Below are positions 53,401 to 64,000 of a stretch of DNA of 64,000 nt, piece after piece. The DNA is from Klebsormidium nitens (taxonomy: Eukaryota; Plantae; Klebsormidiophyceae): the NCBI GenBank assembly GCA_000708835.1, contig DF237327.1:25695-89694 (forward strand), read 5' to 3'. Position 1 is the first letter of the stretch. The number at the start of each line of letters is the position of its first letter. The position numbers and the translations under genes were made by a program. Below the pieces are notes generated by a model that saw nothing but the letters and a program-made list of their open reading frames with translations, had not been told where the DNA came from and searched no databases.

Positions 53401-56400
53401 ATCCAGCTGAAAGGTGATCCAACGGAATGCATGCCTGCGATACCGCGACTTACCAGCTTCCGACTGTCGGATTCCCAGAGAGATCGATCCCCACGACTCC
53501 CCGATGTCGCAAAGAATGTGCGAGTTGGACCTGCGCTGAAGGAATGCACCTCTCAGCACTCGTTTTGACGACGGCTTTCATTCCCACCCTCTTTGCCACT
53601 TGTTTCTTCCACAGTTTTTAAAGTCCTTTTTGTGCTTTGCCATGTCACTTGAGGCTATATGAGAACGCGGCAAGCACGCTCGCAAACAGACGGGTGTTTC
53701 GACGGCGTCCAACGTACCCGCTCATCCCTGTTGCTTTTGAAGAAGGGAAAAGCGATGCACGGACTCGTGCCAAAGATATGGACAGGGCACTGGGCTGTTA
53801 AGTCATAATGGACTCACACCTACTATTTCTCAGCTTCCTCTTTGCACATCTCTGGTCGTAATATGGCCTCAATCTAAAGCTTTCAGAACGCTTTTGGAAT
53901 GCAGGCAGGAGACAAACCGGCGTTGACGTTTCGTTTCAGAGGCTACAACGAGTTTCAAATCGTGGTCAATTGTCTCGACGAAACAACGAGGGAACACACG
54001 TCTTGTTCCAGCCAGCCGATAACAACTTCTTAAGAATTTGGACACCGACACCGTGCAAGGAAGTTCACCGTTTCGAGAGCTGCCTCCCCGCTTTCTCTCC
54101 GGTCGATGCTCAGGATCAAGCCCACTATGATGCCTGTGCGCCGCTCATCAAAAGTAGCTGCCTTCGCTCCGTTACTTCGACTGGTCGCTTCTCGAGTATC
54201 TGAAAAACGACCCCAAACCAGATTATCACCGACTTGAACGAGTCAACCTGCCAAAGAGAGTGTCGACTGGCACAAGGTTGAGTGCTTGGTTAAGAAAACA
54301 AACTCAGGTTAGAGAGCATTGACCCTTAGGAGCACGTCCGAACCTCGAATTGCGCAATGATTCATTTTCATCGCAATGGCACTTTTCCTTTATCGGACAC
54401 TCACAACAAGCCTTGCAGAGTTCGAGCTCTGCCAAAACCACAGTCAGGACTGGTCACTTCGTGCTCCGAGTTGAATAGGCCGTTATGATGCGAACCGCCC
54501 AGATTGGAGAGGATGCGGGGTTGAGACAGCTTTCCTCACCTTCCAACATCTCCGCTTTTTGCGAGGATGGGGGCTGTGGAGGATCGTCGTTCGTCGCAAT
54601 CTTAGCGTCCATCAATCCCGCGAGCACCGCTTCAACATAAGACTGTTTTGTCATGCCAACTTCCGGCCTGTGCTGCAAACACGCGGAAACTGACGTGAGA
54701 TGACGCGCTGTTCGGGACCCTATAGTATTTTCCTTGTTGTCTTTTTTTAACAAGACCTGCTAGACAATCCTCACGCTCTCCGCTGAAAGGAAAAGTCCTA
54801 CAACCGGGACGAACTTCGTTGGAAAGGGCTGTGAAAGACAGCTTTGCGTTCTTGTACGTGCTTCCATGATAATCAACGAGAGGGACCAGCAAGTTTGGTC
54901 AGTGGGCAGAAGTTTCAAATAAATTTGGAGGTAAAAATCGTAGGCTCAGAAAGCCCGTGACCAGTCCAGCATTCAGTTCTGAGGTTGCCAAGCCTCCTTG
55001 GCTTGACTGCTCTACGGGCCGGACTTGTAAGCAGGGTCCAAACCGGATACGAGCATTCATTTTGCGAACGACCCAACGAGCTATCCTTCATGAACGACCA
55101 GGCACAATCGTTGACGGGACGATATCAATACTCGTCTCCGATGTCCCCGATCTTTTCTCTGAAGGGTGAAACTAGAACTTTGCAAAAGTTTGTAAGCTGT
55201 TCTTTGCTTAGAGTGTCAAGATTGCTGATATCTACTTGAAAATTAACAGGGAAAGCTGACCTTTGGTGTGGTTCTCAACTCGAGGTAGACGACGCTGTCA
55301 GCTGCAAAGTCCGCAACAACCTGTCCATGGAACAGGGAAGGATTAGACTCAGCTTTACTGCTGTGTTTATGTCCCATTCCTGTGTCAGGGAACCCACCCG
55401 AAAATATGCTGTCCGCTTTCGGCAAGTAAGAGCTACCAGCAGAGAAGGTATTCGCATTTTTTCAAACGCCCCTGCTTACAAGCCATTGGACTTTGTTCAA
55501 CCAACCGTACAGTCAAAGCGACAACCAACAATCCTGGAAGGGACTGGAAGGAGCTTCATTGCCATCCTCATATAGCGAAGACGTGAAGGGCTTCTGGAAT
55601 CGGATCCTAAACTTGGCGTTCAGCACAACGGATGAGGCACGAACAAGGTCAGCAGCTTACCTCCCGTGTGATGCGCGTGATGGTGTCATGCTCAGTGGTT
55701 AGCTGATGGATGACGTCAAAGAGCTTGAAGCAGTCCGCAAGACTGCGGTCACCTGCAAAAATGAGTTAATTCTGTCCACTAACTCTTCCTCCAAAACACT
55801 CTTTCAAGCTTCTCCTGAGTGACGAATGTTCCTCTGTTGGCAATGTTAGCTTGGTTTAGAAAAGCGTTCGTACGTCTGTTGTTTGATAGCTTTGTTTGTA
55901 TCTGCCAGCCGTTGACCCAATAGTATCTGGTTGGTTCAAGGCACAAACCATGACCACCCCAACGAGCATAGGACCCAGCGATTGTTTGCTCATGGCCCGA
56001 AGTTGGAAGCAGGATTCACGGTTCTTCCTTCTATTGGGAGATCAGCAGGTTTGGGTAAAAAATTTTGCAACGTTACTCTCAGTCCTCTTAATGAAGAGAA
56101 GGAGCTGATTTGTGTGAATGTAGATGACTTTCTTCTAGATGCGGTCTTGAAACTGTTCACCTTTGCTGGTCAGCGTGTGGGCGTCCTCCGCAAGAAGCCC
56201 CTTAGGGCCTCGCTTGTCTGCCAGCTCCCTACATCACATCAGAGAAGAGATAAGTTCGGATACAGTAAATTGAGTAGAATCTAGAAATCAACAATGGCTG
56301 GTCTTGCTTCTGGCCCTCTTGCGGGACCTTACATTTGACCAACCTAAAGGTCGATTTCCTTGGTGGTTTGCCAGCTTGACAACTAGCATATAGACATTCA

Positions 56401-56707
56401 ACGATGATCCAGAGGCTCGCTTCAGAGAGCGATCACTGGATTAGATCCCTTACAATCGGCTGCCCATTCAGCTTCTCTGCAGCAGAAAATTACAGCAGTT
56501 TCTTTATAAAGGAGTGGTCCCAAAGTTACAGCATTGTCAGCCTGGAAGAAGGATGAGGCTGCTAAACCTGATGGTGGCGTCTCGGATGGATCCATTCAGA
56601 TGCGCGTGCAGCTCCACCTTGGGCAGCTGCTTGCAGAAGGGAAGCCACTTTTCCCAGTCTGGTGCACTTGCTGGAGCAACGCTGCTTCCATCCGTAGTTG
56701 CCGCCAT
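50410..56707 (-). CDS. ADAL: Adenosine deaminase-like protein (N6-methyl-AMP deaminase, ADAL/MAPDA)
   Basis: Twelve phase-consistent exons: 56707-56568, 56228-56161, 55752-55661, 55320-55261, 54672-54540, 54133-54069, 53530-53454, 52855-52786, 52071-51958, 51379-51313, 50992-50888, 50531-50410. Motifs LPKVELHAHLNGS, YLELRTTPK, LSIDRR, VVGIDLSGNP, TLHCGEV, RVGHV, CLTSN and ICTDDSGVFSTSLSQEY. Confidence 0.96.
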
Positions 56708-57131
56708 GACGAAAAACTCTCGTAAGATCCTTGCAGGGAGCAGGAGTTGTGTCATTGCAGCAGAATCCAGTTCCTGCTGTGCACGAAGCTGATGCGGAAT
56801 GCAACTTTTCTTTGGTATTTCCTTTCCTTGATATTTCCTTGATATGAATACTTCGCCCCGGGGTCTGGCGTGACGAGAACCGTTTCGCGAACATATGTAC
56901 TTGGTCGAACGGAGCAGTAAATTGAAGGGTTACGACAGCCTTCAAAAAAGTGACGGTTGTCTGGACGGCTCCTTGAAGAGGATGCCCCGGGCCCGAGCAC
57001 GAAACCTTCGGAATACTGCAGGAAACAAAACCTTTCTGTCTGAAACTTCAGCTTAAATTAATAACTTAAAACAGTAAACTTCCAAGTTCCCAGCTTCTGA
57101 GCTGCAGAGGCAGAGGCGGGGAGCATGGAGC

Positions 57132-60100
57132 ATGGAGGACGTGGTGACTCTCGAAACGATCTCGCCTGAGCTGCTGTGGTTCATCATCTCCAAGCTTGAT
57201 GCGACCTCGATCTGCGCACTGATCTGCACTGCAAAGTTCTTCAGGCAGCATTGTGACACGCCAGAGATCAGAACAAGGCTGGCGGTCGGGGGGCTTGTTC
57301 ATACGATGAACCGGTGGTGTGAAGATCGTCTTTACAAGGGGACACCCAAGCTTTAAACCAAAAGCGTACTCAGAGGTCAGAAAGTTCTTCTTTTGAATCA
57401 GTACCCCAGCAATGCTGAGGTGCATTGCTGAGTCTCAAAGTCTGATTGCCCCGATTAAGCCTGTAAGAATCGGCATCAAGTCGATGTTAAGTTGGAACTG
57501 TCAAGCTGAGCACCAACCCTGGTTGCAGTGTTGGTTACTGTCAATATCTTTGAAGGACTGAAAATGGGGAGACATTACAACCATGGTGGCTTGCCATGCA
57601 GTGCGCCCACAATGGATAAGAGGCTTGAAGTCTCAGTGCTGCGGTTGGTTTACTCAGCAGTGCGGAGCATCATCCTACTGCACTGGGTGCATGTGTATGC
57701 CTACCGGTTTGCATTGAGGGTGAGCGGATCTTGTGTCAGCTGTATACTCCTGTTATGCAGTCCTGCAAATTTGGCCCTGTTATCAAGTGCCGGTCTGCTG
57801 TGCTGAGGATGGATCAGTTGATTGATGGTCCTTATCCCAAAAGTTGGCCACCCATGTTTCCTTTTCATCATCTGTACTTTGGAAGGCCTAAAACCACTCT
57901 TTTGTATGTCGTGATCTCGTGATCATTAGCTTGTTCAGATTGACTGTTGCGAGCGGACTCCCTTCACTCCAGTTACTTTCTCAAGCCAACCCTCTCCGAA
58001 TAAAGAATGTTCACTAAGCAGTCTAAAGTACCGCGGGTAAGCTCTCAAAGTGCGCCATGGTCAAGCTACAACTACCACCTTCTAAAGCGTCTTCAAAAGC
58101 TGTGCTCTAAGAACAACCTGAGAATGGAACAAATTGACATGCGTTCAATCTTTTGTTCTCCGTCCTAACCTTCTTTTGGGAGTTTGACCAGGTCGTAGTT
58201 CCTGAGGGCAAGCTGTGGAAATTTACAAAGAGCAAGGGGCGCAAGATGCTCTTTTCTGCGGCGCCCCAGCTGAGAAGCACCAAGGGGCTGATTGACGAGA
58301 AGGCGGCACAAGTCATTGCTCTGCCGCCGGATGAAGGGGAAGACGAAAAGCTGGTCGAGCTGGACCGGTAAGTCGCTGGCGGTATCGGCGGGCATGCTGT
58401 ATCCGTTGCGGTCTCGTGCTTGATGATGGGTTCAGATCAGTTCGTTCAATACAGGGCCTTTGATGAGGAAAGTATGGTTTCGACACTTCATGTCACAAGG
58501 TCGTCGATATAGAAAGCATACTTGAGGGTGAGCCTATTGAAAAGGACGGACTGAGAAGTGACTTCTCGACAGGAAAATCTTTCTGTCTGAACTGTTGGGC
58601 TCCAATCTAAAGACGTTGATGACAGCGCGTCAGCTTGATGTAATCATGCGGACACGAAAAGACGCACACGTTGGTCAGAGAAACAGTATGCTTGCTCATC
58701 TCATCTTGCCAGTCATTTGCGCCTGCCAATAGGTCCGTCTTGGACACCCGTGTTTAACAACTGAAGTGACGACGTGCAGTTTCCCTGAACCTTTTTCTGT
58801 TCACAGTCTGACGACGCCAGTCTTGTCCGTTTGTGTAATCCTTTGCGGGCCTGGTACACGATCTCGAACAACTGACCCCACCCCCGTTTGATCCTGCAGG
58901 GTGTCAGCAAACGTAGCAGCCACTCGCAACATTATCCTTTGGCCGGGGGTCCACTACATCAGTGCCAGCATCTTCCATTGGGTGGGCCACTTACCCAGGC
59001 AGGTTTCCACTTTCTACCTCGCAATCCAACTTCGGAGTTTCTTGCAAAACTGACCAGATTGGATTCACTAAACTGGTCGTAGGCCATGCATGGACAAGCC
59101 AGTCGAACGGTGTTGCACTGACCTCCTTTTCTTTGTCTCTTTTAAAAGGCGTCAGTGCCCGTCTCTGAATAGACGCCAGCGTTAAGGTGCATCCCTGGGG
59201 CTTGATTCCTAGGCTCTTCGCTGAACGAGTTTTCTTCCAAGCTTCAAGTAGAATCTGGAGATCATCACTTCACCTTCGACTAGATGAGATCTTCGAGAGA
59301 AGTTGAGGCAGGAAGACCAAAATGTTGAGTTCTTCCTGCCTTTACTTGTTTCGAAGACCTCATCAATTCGAAAGGAAAAACCAGAAGTACTCGCTCTAAG
59401 CTTCGACTGTGCGCCATCCTTGAACCCGTTGTGTCTCGTAACAGTGACCTGCACGCCTCCTTCACCATCGTTGAGGTGGACGCACACACTGTGAAGGACG
59501 GGACTTGGGCACAGACATCCTTTGCCGGTGAGCCGTCAACTTGCTCAAGTCTGTACCCTTGTACACATCATAGCAGACGAAACATCGCATATTTGAGATA
59601 GATTTCGTCTTCGAAAGATAAGCTCTATGAATAGGAAGGTCTTTCTACCGGGCAAAAGCAAAGTAAAAATTCTAAGCATTATTCACGCGCTCCGCACCCA
59701 GACGCACTCCTGATCATCCAACGAACCCCACCCGTCCCCTGGGCTTGACCTTATTTTTCATACACCTTGTTTTTCACGAATCGAGACTCCTTTCTTTGCG
59801 TACGAAGTGGACTCCGCTGGCTAACAACTCGAAGCACGATAAAACTGATTGGTTTCGATATCCGAAACCTCGGCAACTTGAAGCACATTATGCAATAAAG
59901 TCCTGCATGGAATAAAGAAGCCCGGCCCGACACCCCGAATTCATTTCTTCCGTTGCAGGCCGCGAAAATGGGTCGTGAAGCCTCGACACGTTCCAGGCTC
60001 CAAGTCATTCACTCAACACAAGGACCCTGAGCTGACGTATGCTGACATAATCATCGTTGCGCAGACCAGAAGTGGCCACCCCGGCACTTCGAGGTCCACC

Positions 60101-61497
60101 TCCATTCCGCCCGTGAGGGTTACACCGACCGGGGCCAGTGGCTCGAACTGCAACTAGAGACGGCGAGCAGCACTCCCGACGAACCGGTCGTCAACTATTC
60201 CCCGGGGACCGACATCTGGCCGCTAGCGGACGAGTGCTACGCCAACCTGTGCGCGATTGCCAAGTGGCCAACGGTGAGGATGCCACGTGTTTGGGGTCAT
60301 AAGTGATGGAGAAAAAGTTTGGAGTTGCCCGCCAAACTAACATCTGCAGGCTTTCAATCACTGCCAGAAAATGAGAGGGTACAGCAGTGACAACCTCGTG
60401 GGATCTCTAAAGGCTGGTCAAATTTTCCAATTCTTCAAGGTTTCTCCTCCTTACTTCGTGTTTAAAGGTACTGCCATTCTGCAACGAGCACAGCCGGCAG
60501 CGAGTCCTGGTTTCAGGACACCTCGAGCATGATACTGAACGGTCGTGACTTCTCCGTTGTGGTCGACGAGACTGATATTGAGCTTGGCAGCTTCCCTAAT
60601 GACCATCTGCTCGCTTTTTACAGACAAAAGGCGCAGAAGGGGACCCTAGCGAGGCGGGGTTGTCGAAAAGCCTGACCACGTTGGCGAGTACACGTGGCAG
60701 CCTGGGGGAGAGCCTGTTTGACAGGGAGGAGAAACGGGCGCAGCAACTGACGTCACGGCTATGGGGCGCGTTGGAACATGGTGAGCGGGTCTTCTGAACA
60801 GAGGCCGTGATTCGGAGCCTGACGCTTTCCTGAATAGAATTCTCTGGATTTGTTTCGCGCGGCTACTTCAGCTTTCACGCGCTGTCGAAAAGCACGAAGC
60901 CGTGTGTAGAAAAGGCTCTTGAAGCACATTCTTCGCGAAGAATCTCCAGCGACAGCTCGGTGCGGTACTGCTTCACAGCAGTCGTCCGCAAGTCTCCTTG
61001 TATGCGTTTGCAATCAGGTTTCGACTTTGATGGGCACGCAAAGTGAGCAAGGCGTCCGTCTGACTCACCGCTAAGCGGTTCTTGCCTTTCAGAGCCGTTC
61101 AGCAGATGCACGGACGGTTCTGTTACAAATTGGTCCGTCCTCTTTCCGTCCAGTCCTGTGGTTTCTTCTGCTGGTCTACATCGCGGCTTCCGCACTCCTC
61201 TGGATGGTCGCCCTCTTCACAGCCGCGTGCGCCATGATTCAAGGGGAAGAGTGGCGACTCTGGGTTCCGAACTTTGCCACAGCTGCCGTCCTACTCGTGG
61301 GATTCCTCGTAGACGCGAAAGAGCGCGCGAATGCACCCGCTCGTTCCGCAATCTGGGGCTTTGCATACGTCGGGTACGGTTGGAGAGTCGCGCTGGTGAA
61401 TCTGCTGATGATGGTAACGTTTTTGGGGATGTGGCTTGAATGGGATGCACGAACGTGGGTCCCGTCCAGACTGGCGTCTGTCCTTGATTCTCTATAA
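57132..61497 (+). CDS. F-box protein with an unknown central region and about 3 C-terminal transmembrane helices. It carries one in-frame TGA (pseudogene or recoding).
   Basis: Phase-consistent exons 57132-57284, 58192-58367, 58900-59002, 59284-59527, 60065-60273, 60624-60780, 61154-61497. F-box-like LETISPELLWFIISKLDATSICALICTAKFFRQHC at the N-terminus and hydrophobic helices in the last exon. TGA at 59326-59328 lies in frame within exon 4. Confidence 0.65.
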
Positions 61498-62674
61498 CCT
61501 CGGATTTACTGTTTCCATAGTGAAATCTAGCTCACTGGCTGCGCGAACGATTATTCCACTCATTGCGGCCGCCTCATGCTCATAGCAAGTAAGGATGCAC
61601 CTCCGTGCTGAGCACCCTGTGTTGTGGTGCACAATGGAATCTAACGACCATGGTTCAAGCTTAACCGGCGGCCACATGGCGGCATGCAAGACATTTGGAA
61701 AGAGTATGATGAGCATGCAGCGTTTCCGACGATTCTGCGGCACTGCGGCATTGATTGAACATGCCGCCGCCGAGTAGTAACTCTCATGCAGTGGCACTAC
61801 ACATGGCACCATCTGTTGCTAGATGCTTTGCGGCTACTGCTAGTGACGGCTTATGTAGCTAGTCTGATAGGCCGCCTAGCTCTAGTGACATATTTTAGTT
61901 ACACCGTCATGCTCTAGAACGTCTGGTAACGTACATTCTAAAATAGGTAGCGTCCGGTACTGTTAAGCTAGCGCCAGTCGCTAATAAGATTGGCCGGCGC
62001 ATATTCAAACTGCATGACTCATGCATGGCCGTGTCAGCTAGGGCGCGTCCAGATGGCATGTGCATGTCAGTCATTCCTGCTGCATCGATCTGATGCACTG
62101 AAGAATACGTTTCAACAATTAATCAGGATATCAAAACATGATGTTATGCGACTGATCGATCGGATGTATACAACAAAAGCGTCCAACAGCCTTAGTACTT
62201 TCAAGTTTTGCATGCATCATGTGCCCCATCTGCGACTCCCTGAAAAAACTCGTGGTGCAGATTTACCATGGTTCTTAGTACATGTGTCGCGGTCACTACT
62301 ATATCCGTGATCCAATCCGTGACCCAATCAATCATTTGAACGCCTCCATGGACCATGCGCGGCTAGAAGTGCGCACATCTTGGTTCTGAGTTTTACAGAC
62401 AGGTAGTAATCCCTGTCCAAGTTTTAGACCTGGAAATGTCTCTGTGATTTCAAAAAGCTGTAGGCCGACACTTTATAGATGGGTTCATAGAAGACTACTA
62501 TATTACACAACATTTATACAACCTCAAAGGACAACTCCTTGGAACTACCTGCAACCGCGGCGGCTCTTTCTAACAATACCTCCTTTCAGCGGATGTTTTG
62601 ACTGATCTCTATCGACCGTTTAACTATAGTCATGCTCTATAGCTCAGAACGAGCAAGTAGGTTACCTATATATA

Positions 62675-62732
62675 TAGATGAGCCGTTGACTCATGAGTTC
62701 CCTAGATGAGCCGTTGACTCATGAGTTCCCTA
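62675..62732. repeat. Exact 28-bp tandem duplication containing TGACTCA and the palindrome ACTCATGAGT
   Basis: tagatgagccgttgactcatgagttccc x2, immediately after a TATATATATA run. Confidence 0.9.
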
Positions 62733-63360
62733 CTTCGTGTCCTCATGCAAGCACCTAATACTCTTCAACCGTACTAGCTCTAACGCCTGCGTTCAAGCCA
62801 CTCAAGTCGATGTTTTGGAGACAAACCTTTCCTATGCGGGCTGGTCCACAAACGTTGATCACCAACCACTATATTACTCAGACACACAGACCTGCGGAGC
62901 AACTACGCATGTATCACAGCCTACCAATCATATTGAAACATAAGTACAGCCGCGCAAACACAAAGCTACAAAAAGGGACCCCAACCTCAAAGCTTGTACT
63001 TGTATCTGCATTGAAAAGATGCAACAGGGTTACAGTTACTCCCAGCAGAACATTACCCATTCTATAATCTCTTTGGAGAGAATTCGAGTCTCATGCAGGC
63101 TCAATAAAACCAAAGGTCTTATGCGTTTTCTTTTCACTTTGCTCAACCTAGAAGAGCACTTCTTACAAGTCTGTGTCAGGATGTGGGAGCGAGCCAAGGA
63201 AAGAAGTTTTCAAAGAGATGTCTAATTACCTCCGACAATTGTGATCCTAGCATCATCGATGTTGCAGATTGCATACAGGCCAGAAGAGGGGCAACCTTGC
63301 GGATTGAGAAGTACATAGGACTCCAAGAAGCTTGCTACCTTGATACTGATTCTTACCTGA

Positions 63361-63927
63361 CTAAAAAGGACGAGGGACGGCATCCCAATCCACCACACTG
63401 GTGGGACTGGCCATTCCGCCAGGCTTCTCCTCTTCGTCCTCGTCGTCCATCTGCTGACTCATCTTCTTCTCCTCAACCATCTCATCCCAGTAGTCCCGAA
63501 ACGCTGCCTTGCTCATGCGCTCGGGGGGGACAGTCCCCGTGTCTTCAACTTCATCAATCAAGTCGCACATGTACTCATAGACTATGTCCAGCTGGTTCAG
63601 AAGCAGCGGCTTCTTATCCTTACGAGCAACAATTGCAGGCCCAGGATTCAGTTGCCACTCAGGGGGCGCAAGTCCTGACCTGGGGTGAATCATAAAGTAG
63701 GTTACTGGCTGGTTTTCCAAACCAGCAGGGGCTGTCCCTAGCGACCCAGGGTCTCGCCTGACAACAAGGGGCAACCCCAACTTCTGTGGGATAGGACAGC
63801 TCGTGCCCTCCGTCCAAATGGGGTCACTCTCATCGATGTCAACCTCCTCCCAGGTTCCGGCAATCCTTACGCCCTTCACCGTGTTCCCACCTGCTGATGC
63901 AGGCTTTGAGCCAGTGATGGCCGCCAT
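63361..63927 (-). CDS. Uncharacterised protein (188 aa ORF, possibly the last exon of a gene extending beyond the window)
   Basis: Uninterrupted ORF with coding-like composition: CPIPQKLGLPLVVRR...NQPVTYFMIHPRSGLAPPEWQLNPGPAIVARKDKKPL...YMCDLID...AAFRDYW, followed by an acidic tail. It resembles, from memory, an unnamed domain seen in fungal and algal hypothetical and MYND-finger proteins. Confidence 0.75.
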   Translation of the reverse strand: MAAITGSKPASAGGNTVKGVRIAGTWEEVDIDESDPIWTEGTSCPIPQKLGLPLVVRRDPGSLGTAPAGLENQPVTYFMIHPRSGLAPPEWQLNPGPAIVARKDKKPLLLNQLDIVYEYMCDLIDEVEDTGTVPPERMSKAAFRDYWDEMVEEKKMSQQMDDEDEEEKPGGMASPTSVVDWDAVPRPF

Positions 63928-64000
63928 TGTGCTGCGCACTTCATTGGCTGCGCACAAGTGTTCTGAGCAGCCTGCATGCAAGCTGGTTGAAGACTCGTGA

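Overview
This is eukaryotic, intron-rich (GT-AG) nuclear DNA with plant-type genes. It is most likely a streptophyte alga such as Klebsormidium (inferred from gene content and intron style). I hand-spliced about 14 protein-coding loci with phase-consistent exons: the 3' end of TPP2, an NDR1/HIN1-like LEA_2 gene, an NLR-like NB-ARC-TPR gene with disrupted TPRs, a MAN1/Src1 nuclear-envelope gene, a twin-CX9C NDUFAF8-like gene, CGI121, an Alfin-like PHD gene, a RETICULATA-related gene, a BT1-type carrier, proline iminopeptidase, an F-box/LRR gene, ADAL/MAPDA, an F-box gene with C-terminal membrane helices, and an uncharacterised ORF at the right edge. Non-coding features include a TA-flanked Tc1/mariner-type MITE, a minisatellite built from an exon-intron junction, telomere-like intronic tracts and palindrome-rich tracts after gene 3' ends. 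The best lead is a candidate bicistronic locus: the NDUFAF8-like stop codon lies only 39 nt upstream of, and in frame with, the CGI121 start. Other leads are the helical-bundle/TNP-type NB-ARC/TPR receptor lying head-to-head with the NHL gene, the duplicated splice-donor array in MAN1, and a lone in-frame TGA in the F-box/TM gene. I recognised no rRNA, tRNA or CRISPR features. All family assignments are from recalled motifs, not database searches.
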